Part shown: positions 24,503-38,083 of the stretch, in pieces
Layout of the letters: every line of letters begins with the position of its first letter
Numbering within the stretch: position 1 is the stretch's first letter
NCBI GenBank assembly: GCA_963514005.1
Contig: OY740790.1
Coordinates: 16,244,001-16,308,000, forward strand
DNA length: 64,000 bases
Reading direction: 5' to 3'
Source of the DNA: Raja brachyura
Lineage: Eukaryota
Program-made: the position numbers and the translations under genes
The notes under the pieces: generated by a model
Told to the model about the DNA's origin: nothing
The model's input: the letters and a program-made list of their open reading frames with translations, nothing else
Databases searched by the model: none

Positions 24503-26046
24503 CTGAAAAAAGTACAGAAAGCTAGAGTTATAATGGGCTGCATGTATGAGATTACCCTCATGAAATGTTAGACTATATTGGTTAAGAATAGAAACACATG
24601 AACCATTTGATCAATGACGCTTTATACCGAACACAGCAAACAAGTCAATCCATATTTTTTTTTAAAGCAGATGAGCACAGTAGCACAGATATTTCTTAGA
24701 GACCACTTTTCCCAAACATTTCTCCCAGATTCTGAAGTGTTTTTATTTAAATTTCCAATGTATGTAGCGTAACGGTGTCATTCCTTGATCTCTTTCTTCC
24801 CGTGCACAATCTCCATTTAAGTAACAGTCCCTTTTTGAGGGTATAGTCTGCATGTAGAGCACATAGTTTTTTGCCAGTTTTACTCTGTTACAAAATCTTA
24901 AATCCTCCTGTAGCCTTATCATATTCATTTTTGGAATACAAATGATATTAAAGTAAAGAAGTTCCAAGCTGAACTGAAATTGTGCTAAGCTAGTTATAAT
25001 ATGAGCAATATGAGTATTTTCCAAATATTTAGTAAATTGATTATCAGGTCATAACGAGCTCTTCAGCACCACTGCATATCGCACACAAATAGACTGTTTA
25101 ATTGCCACAGAATAGACGTTAATTCAACATCTCTTAATCTAACCAGATAATTTAATACTAGTTTTCAGAACACAGGCCCCAATCCAGGAGAGATCAGAAG
25201 ATTCTAACAGATTTGTATCATTTCTTTTCCTCAGACACGGGAGTGAGCATTTAGCCCATCGAGTCAATGCTGGCTCCACCGTTTGCTTGGTCCCACTGAA
25301 AATCCAGCCAAAGTTGTAGGCAACAAGCAAGGTAAATGATGCCAAGGGGCTCTATAATGCCTTATGCAAACAAGACTTGAGCAAGACCTCAGAACAAGTC
25401 TGAAGAGTTTCAGAACAGACACACCAAGCAGCAGTGAAAGACCTACGATTTAATTATCAATTGAATGACTCTATGAGTGGAAGAAATGTAACAGATGATT
25501 TAATTGATCACTTGTTTAATTAATTGCAAGCTTATCCTAAATCGTTCCTAACTTCTGTAAATATTGAGGTGCCACGTGGTTTGTTAATGTTTGATTCTGC
25601 AGCCTCCAAAATGCACCAAAACATCAGAATCACAAGCAAATCTCAACAACCAAATACCATCTCACTTTACAGCAATCTGTAAACCAACATTAAAAGGGAG
25701 TTACATGACAAACTTCTCTCTTGCATGTCCAGTGTTACCTAAACTTGCACAAGGTGTTGACAACTACCATGGAGCAATGTTCCAGAGCAAGGTGTTTCCT
25801 TCTCAGATCTAGTCTCAAAATGGGCGGCATCTTCCATCATTCGTTGGGCTGAGAGAGACAACCCAAGGCTTACTCAGGAAACCTTACTGTTGACAGGTAC
25901 TAGTAGGCACCTCAGACCAGTACAGACATGTTCCCTACCGCTGCAGCGCCAGCATTCCTCGTATTTATATTCAATTGTACACAATCACACACATATTTAC
26001 TCTGCAAACTCTGCATGTAGGTTTCGTAACAGACCATATTCATTGT

Positions 26047-28495
26047 AACATAGAATAGGTGCAGGACGAGGCCATTTGGCCCTTTGAACCTGCACCGCCC
26101 ATTCATTGTGATCATGGCTGATCATCCACAATCAGTAACCCGTGCCTGTCTTCTCCCCATATCCCTTGATTCCGCTAGCCCCGAGAGCTCTATCAGAGTT
26201 ATTCATCCGGTGAATTGGCCTCCACTGCCTTCTGTGGCAGAGAATTCAACAAATTTACAACTCTCTGGGTGAAAAAGTTTTTTCACATCTCAGTTTTAAA
26301 TGGCCTCCCAATTATTCTTAGACTGTGGCCCCTGGTTCTGGACTCCGCCAACATTGGGAACATTTTTCCTTCATCTAGCTTGTCCAGTCCTTTTATAACT
26401 TTATACGTTTCTATAAGATCCCGTCTCATCCTTCTAAATTCCAGTGAATACAAGTCCAGTCTTTCCGATCTTTCCTCATATGACAGTCCCGCCAGCACTG
26501 GGATTAACCTTGTGAACCTACACTGCACTGCCTCAATAGCAAGGATGTCCTTCCTCAGATTAGGAGACCAAAACAGCACACAATACTCCAGATGTAGTCT
26601 CACCAGGGCCCTGTACAACTGCAGAAGGACCTATTTACTCCTATACACAAATCCTCTCGCTATGAAGTCACCATGCCATTAGCTTTCTTGACTGCCTGCT
26701 GTACTTGCATGTTTACTTTCAGTGACTGGTGTAAAAGGACACTAAGGTCTCATTGCACTTCCCTAATCCGACACCTTGTTCTAGCTGCCAAAGTGGATAA
26801 CCTCACATTTATCTACATTATACTGCATCTGCCATGCATCTGCCCATTCACTCAACCTGTCCAAGTCACCCTACAACCTTCTAGCATCCTCTTCACAGTT
26901 CACACTGCCACCCAGCTTTGTATCCATCTGCAAATTTGCTAGTGTTACTTATAATCCCATCATCTAAATATTATTGGAAATAGTTGCAGCCCCAGCACGT
27001 GCCTTGCGGCACTCCATTCACCACTGCCTGCCATTCTTACAGGGACCCATTTATTCCTACTTTTTGTCTCCTGTCTGCCAACCAATTCTCTATCCATGTC
27101 AATACCCTACCCCCACAATATCATGTGCTCTAATTTTGCCAACAAATCTCCTGTGTGGGACCTTATCAAAGGCTTTCTCAAAGTCCAGTTACACTACATT
27201 CACTGGCTCTCCTTCATCCATTTTACCAGTCACATCCTCAAAAAACTCCAGATGATTGGTCAAGCAGGATTTCCCCTTGATAAATCCATGCTGACTTGGA
27301 CCGATTCCGTTACTGCTATCCAAATGCATCGTTATTACTTCTTTAATTGACTCCAGCATCTTCCCCACCATCGATGTCGGGCTAACTGGTCCATAATACC
27401 CTGTTTTCTCTCACACTCCTTTCTTGAAAGTGGGATAACATTAGCTCCCCTCCAACCCACAGGAACTGATCCTGAATCTATAGAACATTGGAAAATGATC
27501 ACCAATGCATCTACAATTTTCAGAGTCTGGGATGCAGATTATCAGCCTTCAGTACCATCAGTCTACCCAATACTATTTGTTGCCTAAAGCAAATTTCTTT
27601 CAGTATCCCTAGATCATCTGTCCCCTAGTACATCTGGGAGATTGGTTCAGTCTTCACTAAGGAGGACACAAACAAAGTACCTGTTCAATTCTTCTGCCAT
27701 TTCCTTGTTCCCCATAATAATTTCACTTGTTTCAGCCTTCCACATTTGTCTTTACTAATCTTTTTCTCTTAGGCGAAAACATACCTAAAGCATCTTTTAC
27801 TATCCCTTCTTTATATTCTTGGCCAGATACCCTCATACTTATTTTCGCCCCTTATTGCCCTTTTGTTGTATCACCTTCTGTTGTACTTTGAAAGTTTCCC
27901 AATCCCCTAGCTTCCCACTACACTTTGCTATGTTATACACCTTTTCTTTTAGTTTTATTCCATCCCTAACTTCCCTTGTCAGCTGCAGTTGCCTCTTACT
28001 CTCCCCATAGAATCTCTCTTCCTCTTTGGAATGAAATGATCCTGCATCTTCTGGATTATGTCCAGTAATTCTTGCCATTGTTGTTCCATTGTCTTTCCTG
28101 CTAGGATCCTTTTTCCAGTCGACCTTGGCCAGCTCCTCTCTCATGCCTTCATAGTCCCCTTTGTTCAACTACAACACTGACACTTCTATTTAACCTTCTC
28201 CCTCAAATGGCAGATTAAAACGTATCACCTTCTCTGGTATGCTCCAGTACAAGCTGCTCTATGAATCCATCCCAGAGGCACTCTACAAACTCCCTTTCTA
28301 GGGGTCCAGAACTAACCTGGTTTTCCCAGTTGCAACTCCTGCTGCAACTTGCACTCTATATCCAGGCTATTGTTTGGGAGCCTGTAGATAACTCCCATTA
28401 GTGTCTTCTTACCTTTACAATTCCTCAATTCTACCCACAGCGACTCTACATCGTCAGTCCCAATGTCACCACTCGCAAGGGACTGAATTTCAACA
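26047..28495 (-). mobile_element. CR1-clade LINE, about 2.4 kb, decayed (endonuclease through RT and 3'UTR)
   Basis: VESLWVELRNCKGKKTLMGVIYR (APE endonuclease), SQHGFIKGKSCLTN, RRDLIETYK; 3'UTR matches the 3754 copy. Confidence 0.92.
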
Positions 28496-28544
28496 CTCAC
28501 TCACCACCTCCCCCCTCTGCCCACCGACCGACCGATCTGGTTTA

Positions 28545-29512
28545 TTTATTTTTTTAAATTTCGGTCTGGTTTATTTATTTAAAATATATATATTTTTATT
28601 TATTAGAGGTACAGTAAATTACATCAGTGTACGTCCCGTATATATTATCATAATCATTGTACCCCTTAATTTTTAATGCTATTAAAGAAAAAGGATAGAA
28701 ACAGAGAAAGTAGAGAAAGTGAGAGAGAATTGTGAAAGTGAAGAAGCGTGACGAAGGGAAAGAAAAGAGCCCGTGGTTGAAGAGTTAGAGAAAGGAGATT
28801 AAGAGGTAGACCCTAGAGAGAAAAAAAAGAAGAAAAAAGGAAAAGCCAGTTACTTTATTATAAACATCACGCAAAAGGAATTTACCAACTCGGCAGTTTT
28901 CCGTCCCCCTTTACCAAGACCCGACACCGGTACTTTTTTGAGGTACTCTTGCACCCTATCCTTGCAGATCTATAAATGCAGACCACGTCTTATAGAAGTG
29001 TTCTGATTTTCCTGCCAGGCGGAGAATCATATCTTCCAGATGTAGTGTTTCGAACATAGTTGAAATCCACATATATACTGTTGGTATGGGAGCATTTTTC
29101 CAGAATTTTAAGATGAGCTTTTTTCCAGTTATTAAGCCATATTCAAATAGATTCTTTTGAAACACATTTAATTCAAGGCTACCTTCTGTTGTTCCAAAAA
29201 TAATCCATTCTGCCTTTGGTGTCAGTTTTATTTTAAATAATTTTGTGAAGATTTCAAAAATTTCAAAGTTTTTGAATTTTTGTACAAAAGCCAAATGAGT
29301 GCGCTATAGTAGCTTCTTGAGTGGCATTTATCACAGATAGGTGAGACGTTGGGAAAACGTTTACTTATTTTAGTTTTTGAATAGTATAATCTATGTAAGA
29401 TTTTAAATTGTATTAAAGTGTGTCTTACGTTAATTGAACATTTATGCACATTTAACAAGTGTTCTTCCCACCTTTCTTTGGAAATTTTGATAGTTAATTC
29501 TTGTTCCCAGTC
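28545..29512 (-). mobile_element. L1/Tx1-like LINE 3' fragment
   Basis: ORF2 C-terminus WEQEL...LIQFKILHRLYY...SPICDKC...IIFG...KKLILKFWK, with 3'UTR and A-rich tail. Confidence 0.85.
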
Positions 29513-29699
29513 CGGCCTGTCCTTTCTAATAGGTTGTATAACCCTGAATATTCTGTTCCCAGTCTTCTCTTCTGGTATCTTCAGTGTAATGAGCTCGCTG
29601 TAGGTCCTGTCCAGGAAACTCTCGTTTTCCCAGATGATCCCGAAGTCATCCAGTTGCCTCTCCAGTGCCCCAACACGGTCCTTCTGTTCGGATAAGTGA

Positions 29700-30565
29700 C
29701 AAAGCGTCCTCGACGATAATCCTCAACACTGGTGCCCCACAAAGGTGCCCTTTCAGTCCCCTTTACTCCCTATACACCTACGACTGTGCGGCGAAATACA
29801 AAGCTGACAATTTACAAATTCGCGGATGACACCACCATTGTGGGCTGGATATCAACTAACAATGATGCGGAGTATAGGAAGGAGATCGAAAACCCGATTC
29901 ATAACCTGGTACCAAGACAACAAGCTTTCTCTCAATGTCAGCAAGAAGGAATGCCAGGAAGCGAAGCAGTACATATACCGTGGTATAAATTGCTGGCGTC
30001 AAAATAAAGATGGTTGAAAGCTCCAGGTTCCTAGGAGTAAATATCACCAGCAAATTGTCCTGGATCAGCCACATCGAAGGAACGGTCAAGAAAGCACACC
30101 AATGCCTCCACTTCCTTAGAAGGCTTAGGAAATTCAGCATGTCCCAAAAACTCTCACCGATTTCTACAGATGCGCTGAAGACACCATTTTATTGGCACGC
30201 ACCACAGTTTCAGCCAAGACCGCCAGAAATTACAGAGAATTGTGGACACAGCCCAGACTATCACGCAAACCAACCTCCATTCCATTGACTCCATCTACAC
30301 TTCACGCTGCCTCGTTAAAGCCACCAGCAGAAACAGGGACAAATCTCAACATACACACTCCCTCTTCTCCCCTCTCCCATCAGGTAAGAGGTACAAAAGT
30401 GTCAAAAGTGTGTCTCCAGATTCAGGGACAGTTTCTTCCAGCTGAGCAGCAGGCAGAACAATCATCCCTATCACCAACCAGAGAGCGGAACTGACCACTG
30501 ACTGGACAGCAGGTAACAAAAAGATTTTCACTGTACCTTGGTACATGTGACAATAAACTAAACTA
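29700..30565 (+). mobile_element. Rex1/Babar-type LINE 3' fragment
   Basis: LNTGAP, KFADDTTIVG, LSLNVSK, RFLGVNIT..LSW, HFLRRLRKF; tail cactgtaccttggtacatgtgacaataaactaaac. Confidence 0.85.
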
Positions 30566-30719
30566 CAAATACTTTAGTCATCCAAAGTGAAGCCCATTAA
30601 AAGCAGGAAAAGGTTGAGGTACATCACAGCCTGACAATACTTTAAACTCACGTACAAATAAAGCCCCAAACATCAAGACAATCTTAACAGGATGCCGACA
30701 CAATCACTTTGTGACTTAC

Positions 30720-30866
30720 CTTCTGCAGGGCTTCAGCCTGAGACTCTAGTGCTTTAGCTCTAGATTCAGACTGAGCCAAAGCATCTTGCAAATCTTGAGT
30801 GGCTTGAGCAGAGGATTGTTCTGCCTGCTGCTCTGCTGAACGTTGAGAAGTAGTTTCAGCAACCAT
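30720..30866 (-). CDS. TPR: TPR exon 32 (147 nt)
   Basis: MVAETTSQRSAEQQ...LESQAEALQK; GTAAG donor. Confidence 0.92.
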
Positions 30867-31079
30867 CTGAAAGGCAGGACAGAAGTTTGACAAAACTAAC
30901 AGATTAAAAGGATGGATATGGTCTTCTGAAGAAAATAATTCTTCACTCATTCTTTTAACATAATTCAATGATGAAACCTAGTGCCATGGAAGGGTGATCA
31001 AATTGGAATATGGGGCACAGTGCACAGAAGGCCAATATCTTTTTAATCAAGTTCCTGTAAGTGTGATGTGCAAGGCTGT

Positions 31080-31600
31080 TAAGATTAAGACACCTTGGTT
31101 GGTAAGGGATGTTGAGGATCTGTTCAGGAAAAAAGGGAAAATATGTCACATATAGGCAGCTGGGATCAGGAGAGATCCTTGAATAGTAAAAAAAGGTAGC
31201 GAGGGAGAGAGTAGCTCACCTTGAAGATCAATGTGGCTATCAATGCATGGAGCCACTGGAAATTAGCAGTCTTAAATGAAATCTGTATTTACCATGAAGC
31301 TATCGAGTTCAGGGGAAGGAACAGTAATATCCTGGAACATATCAACATTAGAAGGAGGTGGTGTTGGAGGTCCAGAAACACAAAGGTGGATAAATCTCCA
31401 AGGCCAGGTGTATCCTTGTTATGTTATGGGAGATTGTTGGGACTCTTGCAAAATTGTTGACTTAGCTAATCACAATGCTAGGTACACAAAGACTAGGTGA
31501 GCTAATGTTGTTGCTTTATTTCAGTACAGCAGGGTTAAGGCAAGAAACTACAACTCAGTGAGCTTTATAGCAGTGGTAAGCAGTTTTTGGAAAGGATTTG
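31080..31600 (+). mobile_element. old CR1 fragment
   Basis: KVDKSP.P, ANVV.LF, NY..VS-like remnants. Confidence 0.55.
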
Positions 31601-31775
31601 GAAGGACCTGAATTATGGTGAGGTTAGAATTCACCTTAATAGCAGGTTTTTACAAATAGCAATGTCAAAGAGAATGAAATGAAACATCTTAATGGATCAG
31701 GAAATACATTACTCTTTTAAATGTTTAAGAATCTTAGCTTGGATAAACCTATTTAAATAAAGAGTCACAATTTAC

Positions 31776-31986
31776 CTTATCATACTGCGCTTTCAGCTCC
31801 TCATACTGGGTCTTGTATCTACGACCGATCTTTTTGACCTGGGTAATAGTTTTGTTCTTTTCCTGGATATCTGCCACCCTTGCCATCATTTCTTGTTTTA
31901 GTTTATCCCGATCAACAGACACTCTACTGAGTTCAGTCTTCAATGTATGTACATCACGTTGTGATACAGATGATGATGCATTCAGT
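31776..31986 (-). CDS. TPR: TPR exon 31 (211 nt)
   Basis: LNASSSVSQRD...TITQVKKIGRRYKTQYEELKAQYDK. Confidence 0.96.
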
Positions 31987-32818
31987 CTGCAAACAAAGCA
32001 GATTTCAATAGTCAGGCATTAAAAAATATTGCAAGTATGTCAATTGCAATTGGTCTTGACTAAATACAATATAAAACAATTTTTATTTAAATTAAGACAG
32101 ACACACAATAAACTACAGATTCCAAAATCCTGAGAAAAACACTAAGCACTGGAGGAACAGTGGGTCAAGGCAGCATCTGGAGGGGTGATGTTTCAGGTTG
32201 GGACCATTTTTGTTCAGATTGACTGCAGCAGGGAATGGTGGAGAGGATGTCAGGCAAGCGGTTGAGACGGGGCAAAAGCTGGCAAGTGATAGGAGGATAC
32301 AGGGGGTGATGGTGGGGGGGGGGGGGGGGGGGGGTGTTGATTGGCAGATGTCCAGATAAAGTGACAAACAAATGGAGACATAATATGTTAAATGAGGAGA
32401 AACGAGTGAAATGTTAAGCCAGAGGTGGATACAGGTGGAAGAAGTAGGGGAAGAAGAGGAATAGGCGATCAGGGATTACAGAAGAGCAGGACTGAGAGAT
32501 AGTGGGAGAAATGGGAGCGTACCGAGGAAGGTGGAATTTGCTGAAGTTGGAGAATTCAATGTGCAGATTGTAAGATACCCAAATGGAATACGAGGTAGTG
32601 TTCCTACAGTTTGCAGCATTTTCTTCTTTCTGCTCTCTATGCATATTTACAGCATTTACTTTTTGTTTTCTGGCAATATCTTTATACTTCGCCATTATTC
32701 ATGTATTGTGCTCATAAAGTAATTGGACCATCTATAAGATCAAAATCGCTCACCCAAAGATCGAAGCATTTTAACTGGTTATGCTTCTACACAACACATA
32801 CACGACACACTTGTTTAC

Positions 32819-32949
32819 CTAGCAACTTCAGTTTTCAATTTCCCAGTTTCTTCAGTTAGTTGTTGAATACGTTTGGTATTTGTATCTTTCTCTGAAATTA
32901 GCTTCTTGTACTCATCAGGGTCCGTCTCCTTCTGCTGGCTGATTAATTG
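32819..32949 (-). CDS. TPR: TPR exon 30 (131 nt)
   Basis: [21 protein letters not shown]...GKLKTEVAR; AAG acceptor. Confidence 0.94.
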
Positions 32950-33129
32950 CTTAAATACAAAGGTGTTTTAATAAATGTTATTTATTCAAGTTTCAAAGAT
33001 TCAATTAATTGATAAGAATTTCAACTAAATAATTATGAATCAGATTATATATACACAACAAAATAATTCAAACTGCAGTGTGTTACAGGGATCAGTGCTG
33101 GATCCTGTTTGCCAAATATATTATTGATT

Positions 33130-33790
33130 TGGCAATTAAATATAGGTTGCACATTTAGTAAGTTTGCACACAGTGAAGAACGTTGTCCAAGGTTACAACA
33201 AAATACAGTCAGAGCTATAGATCACATATATAGGCCTGTCATCCCATCTTGTCCATACCAACCAAATTGGCCCACTGGTCCAGTTACATATGCCTACATT
33301 GGGCCCATAGTCATAGGCCCAATAATTGCCTATCCAATTATTTGTCCAAATGTCTTTTAAACAATTGTATCACTTCTCCAGCTTCCTCTGGCAGAGATAG
33401 GATGATAAAGTTGCCCCAGAGGTCCCTCTTGAATTACTCCACTCACCTTAAGGCGATGAGGCTATGCCCTCTTGTTTTTGAATCCTCTACCCTGGGGGAA
33501 AAAACCTGAGCATTCACTTTAGAGGACATCGCCTTAAAAGGGGGACCATTTATAAAGGATCTGAGGGGTGGGTTTTCCCCACACAGGTGGGTACATACAA
33601 CAAGATGCCAGAGCTGGGGCCAGAGGCAGGTACGACTACAACTGTTAAAATATATTTGGATAAATACATGGATGAGAAATGATTAGAAGCATATGGGTCA
33701 AACACAGGTGGATGGGATTTGCAAAGAGGCATTTTGGCTGGCATGGATCAGTTGTGTCAAAGTGCCCCATTTCAATATTGTATACCACGA
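33130..33790. mobile_element. nested old CR1 3' fragments in both orientations
   Basis: CR1 3'UTR-like pieces at about 33220-33520 (-) and 33520-33790 (+). Confidence 0.55.
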
Positions 33791-34070
33791 TGAATCTAAA
33801 TTGGAGAGGCAATTGATCACGCATCAAAGTTAATCAGTACTTGGCAGAAAAAAAGGCGAATGACAAGGCACTTAATAGATAGATCCCCCATTTTTACTTC
33901 CAATGCCATAAATCCCCGTTGTTCTTAGTTTAGCTCTGAAGATATCAAATGTAGCACCAATTGTTATTAATGTGGACTCCTCAGCCGAAAGCTACAAAAT
34001 GGCAATGAGCTACTGAACCTCCAAATGAGTAATGAAATGAGCAATAATTTAAATAAATTGCCCATCATAC

Positions 34071-34202
34071 CTGGGCACGGGCCTTCCAGCGTTTGAGATC
34101 TTCATCCAGCAATTTCTTCTCTGCTTGCAACATACCACTTTTCTCACTGAGCTCAGTGTTGGATTCTTGAAGAGGTAGGATGTCAGATTCTAGCTTACGA
34201 AT
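34071..34202 (-). CDS. TPR: TPR exon 29 (132 nt)
   Basis: [44 protein letters not shown]. Confidence 0.96.
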
Positions 34203-34630
34203 CTAAGAATCATGCAACAAAACATTACTCTATTTGCATCTCTCAAGTTAGTGCTCCCTAAAAATATACTATTTCTTGAATAATAATTCACAAAAGCCCA
34301 ATGAATAGGAACAGTTCAAGGCCTAGAACTGACTTGATCTGTTGACAGAGGGCACATCTTTTCCAGACCTACATGTTCTCTTAAGTGGGCATACAGTCCT
34401 GTCAACCAAAAGATCTCTTTGTACAATTTCAAAGAGCAAGGCTACTCAATCATGCCTGCACACACCCCATTATTCTGAAACCATTATCTGCTTGACTGTT
34501 GTTATTTCTAGCGGTGCGCTCTATACCAAGCACTCAAAATGTCCAAACTCTACCTGCATGACAGGACTGAACTGACTTGGCCATTTTACTAATTCCCTTG
34601 CAAAATGCTGATCTTGGGAAGTATACTGAC

Positions 34631-34768
34631 CTTTGCCCTTGATTGCTGGAGTTCTTGCTCCAACCTTTCTTTCTCATCTCGTAGCATTTTATTCGTCTCA
34701 ATTAGAACATTCATTGTCTCTGTCTTTTTCATCAGCTCGTCATGTTGTGCCAGAGTTTTGGCAGTTAC
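34631..34768 (-). CDS. TPR: TPR exon 28 (138 nt)
   Basis: [46 protein letters not shown]. Confidence 0.96.
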
Positions 34769-34958
34769 CTGTACAAAAATAAATTCAAACGCCAAATCAA
34801 AAAGTTGTATGATAAAAATACTTAAACAAGGAGAGCTGAACAGAAGCTAAATTTGAAATGAATGGTTTCGAACAACATCTTCATTGATCAAAAGCGTACA
34901 ATTTCCCATCCTTAAATGCTTTCTGAAGAGATTTTGCCGTTAAAACTAGAACATTTAC

Positions 34959-35106
34959 CTGGACCTTTTCCCTTTCAGAATTGAGACTGTCCTGCACCTC
35001 CTTCAGCTCTCTCTCCAAATTCTCCACTCGTTGACGATAGCGCAGAGCCTCCACTTGGGCAACCTCAAACTTTGTTTCTGCAATTTCCCTTTCACGTCGC
35101 ACAAAC
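34959..35106 (-). CDS. TPR: TPR exon 27 (148 nt)
   Basis: [28 protein letters not shown]...EREKVQ. Confidence 0.96.
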
Positions 35107-35424
35107 CTGTGGTGTGCAGATTTGGATAAAACGTTAAATGTCTTAATTTCTCAGGTTCACTCTTTTTTTGTATATGTAATTATTGGCAAAACCGAGCTGG
35201 TCACAACAGATTCCACAAAAGCTGACAATTCAGTGTACATGTTCTGTAATGTTGTGGTATCATAGTAAGATACCAAAGTGGCATAACCTGCTATAAATTA
35301 AAGGTATACACTATAAATGTGGACGGGCAAGTGTGGGGGTTCTGCAGATCAACCATTGAGAAGAGGAGATGGATATTTTACATCTATGGAAAACCTAGGC
35401 ATCAAATCACTCTCATATTTTTTC

Positions 35425-35672
35425 ACACAACTTTTCACACGGAGAGTGGTGAGTCTGTAGAATTCTCTGCCACAGAAAGTAGTTGAGGCCAGTTCATTGG
35501 CTATATTTAAGAGGGAGTTAGATGTGGCCCTTGTGGCTAAAGGGATCAGGGGGTATGGAGAGAAGGCAGGTACAGGATACTGAGTTGGATAATCAGCCAC
35601 GATCATATTGAATGGCGGTGTAGGCTCGAAGGGCCGAATGGCTTACTCCTGCACCTATTTTCTATGTTTCTA
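35425..35672 (+). mobile_element. CR1 3' end (same subfamily as the 3754 copy)
   Basis: Near-identical reverse complement of 3770-3975; (TTCTATG) tail. Confidence 0.9.
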
Positions 35673-36478
35673 TATACAATACATACATAAGCTTTATCCC
35701 AATATAATAGGAAACTATTTATTTGTTATATCAAACCCTTAAATTTAAAATAATGATTCGTGCTGACAAAATATTTCAGTACAAAATTCCTAATTCAATA
35801 AGTTACCCGCTAATACTTTGAAAAGCATTCCAAGATACTTCACAGAAATAAATTTGCTATGGCAAGGTCCAAAAAGGTAGAATGGGATACTCCAAGTACG
35901 GCAGAAAGCTAAATTGTAGCAAATAGTGGAGTGAAGGGAGACAAAAGTCAGAGCAGTGAAGTCAAGTTAATAGGCAGGCACAGGTGGGTCAGGTGGAGGT
36001 AAAGACAATATTTAAGACCAGGCTTGATTGGGTTATGAATAAGCAAATCAAAGGCAAAGGAGAAATAGAAGTTGATGCAGGATATTACAAACCTTAGTAA
36101 GGAATCTTGTCAATGGAAGACCGTAATACCTGAAGAACCTGAAAGGACTTCAGTGGCATATGGGCTCAGGCATACCAGATCAGGGATGGGTCTTTGTGAT
36201 GGATTTTTTCAAGAGAACAGAATTTAGCTTGGGTTTGTATAAACTGCCCTTAATAAACACAATAAGGACACGTAGCTTGTGCTAGTTACAAATATGTCAC
36301 TTGACAATGCAAACTGGTAGTTCTCCAATTCCAATTTATTTTGCTACAAACCAAGCTTCCTACCAGGTCAATGCAACTGTATTTTGATTAAAATAAGATG
36401 CTGGCAACATAAATACAGCTTCCCAATATTGTTGTGTTCAATTATTTCAATGAATGGCAACACTATTATTACACTTAC

Positions 36479-36663
36479 CTCAGAATTTCAAGTAGCTGTT
36501 CCTGGGACTTTCCTTCTTCATTGAAAGAGACACTGAAGGAACTTTGTGTTGTTTCCTGCACTGCAGTCACCATCTTATTACTAAGGCTCTCCACTTGCTC
36601 AAGCAACAACTTGTTCTGTTTCTGCAGATCCCCACAACGTGCAGTCAGTTTAGTAACTTCATC
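36479..36663 (-). CDS. TPR: TPR exon 26 (185 nt)
   Basis: DEVTKLTARCGDLQKQNKLL...EEGKSQEQLLEILR. Confidence 0.95.
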
Positions 36664-37287
36664 CTACACAAAATAACCCATTGAAAATATTATAAACTTC
36701 AACTGGTTTTATTCAATTTACACAAAAAACTGCACAGCATTTTATTACATACCATCAGATTTAAATGGCCCCATTTCCATCATATCCAGAAATTGTTCTG
36801 AACAAAAATTGAAGACAAGGTAGATAAGGATGCGCGCTGGAGTACTCGCCCACAGCTGGTCAACTTGCAAAACAACTGTCAAAGGCCATTCCCTTTGCTA
36901 TGTTTATTTCCAATGCGCCATCGATTGGGAAGAAATAAAGGATAACAATTTGGGCAAGATTCGAAAGGAAAATGATTTACTGGAAATTGATTGGATTGTT
37001 CTTCAAAGACTACAACTTTGTATTGTAAACAAAAAAAATGTTTTAAATGGGCAAAGTTATATTAAAAAGTGCCATGGAGGTGGACAAATAAAAAATAAAT
37101 GGATTGAGCCATCAACACAAGATTCAGAATAGACAAATGACATCTAAATTCTACTGAGAATATTTAGATATTTATTTTAAGAAACAAAACAAAAAACAAG
37201 ATTAGGTAGGATAAATGTAATCATGACATTTTCTTCGACAATTATACATCCTGGAATGAAATTAACTCAAATCCCCAAGCTACTTAC

Positions 37288-37491
37288 CTTTAACATTCTT
37301 TCAATTTCAGCCTTAGCAGCTTTGCACTCCAACATTTGGGCCTCAGCCCTTTGAGAGGTGTCTTCCAGCTTCTGCCGGACCTGTGCATTTGTTGAAACTT
37401 GCTCCTTGGCAATCTGTAGTGCTTCCACATCAGCAGCATGCAGCATCAGTTCACGTTCATACTTATTCTGTGCTTCAGATGCCACCCTGGC
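37288..37491 (-). CDS. TPR: TPR exon 25 (204 nt; TPR/MLP1/MLP2 domain core)
   Basis: [26 protein letters not shown]...IERMLK. Confidence 0.97.
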
Positions 37492-37599
37492 CTAAAAACA
37501 CCAGCAAAATAATTTTAATTAAACTAATAAAACTGAAACAAAACAAATATCTTTAAAATGTTTCTCTTTAAAAACTATTGATGCTGATTGGAGCGTGCA

Positions 37600-37800
37600 C
37601 AAACACCGCACTTCCTGAAGTCAATAACTTAGCTCTTTCGTCTTGCTGATGTTGGGGGGGGGGGGGGGGGGGGGGTGTTGTCCTGGCACCATTTTACTTA
37701 ACTCACTATCTCCTTCATCCATCTCATCATTGTTCGAAATCTGGTCCAATACAGTAGTGTCGCATGCAAACTTGTACATGGTCTTGGAATAGAACTCAGT
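37600..37800 (-). mobile_element. Rex1/Babar-type RT fragment
   Basis: YKFACDTTVLDQISNNDE...ISKTKEL, with a G22 tract inside. Confidence 0.7.
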
Positions 37801-37966
37801 CATAAATATAACTACCATACACATAGAAATAATGCTTAACTCTCTTAAAAGTGAAATAAGTTTGTAAAATACTTAGTGGTCTTTTGAGAGAGTTGAAATA
37901 CATTTTGTAAGTGTTGATCAGCCATGATTCACACAACATACAGAGCCCAATGTACTTAACGCATAC

Positions 37967-38083
37967 CTGTTCTTGACAGTCAGCCCTTGCTTGCTGTTCA
38001 TTGGTTGCTGCAGTAGCAGTTCGCTGAACAGCATCCTGAAGCTCTGCCTGAAGGCTGCTCAGATTCCTCCTCAGTTCAGATGT
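37967..38083 (-). CDS. TPR: TPR exon 24 (117 nt)
   Basis: [21 protein letters not shown]...[11 protein letters not shown]; AAG acceptor. Confidence 0.93.

Noticed and set aside
24743-25024. Extra TPR exon in intron 32
   Set aside because: The peptide (RLQEDL...YLNG...ERDQG) looks like decayed CR1 RT, and exons 32 and 33 already join in frame.
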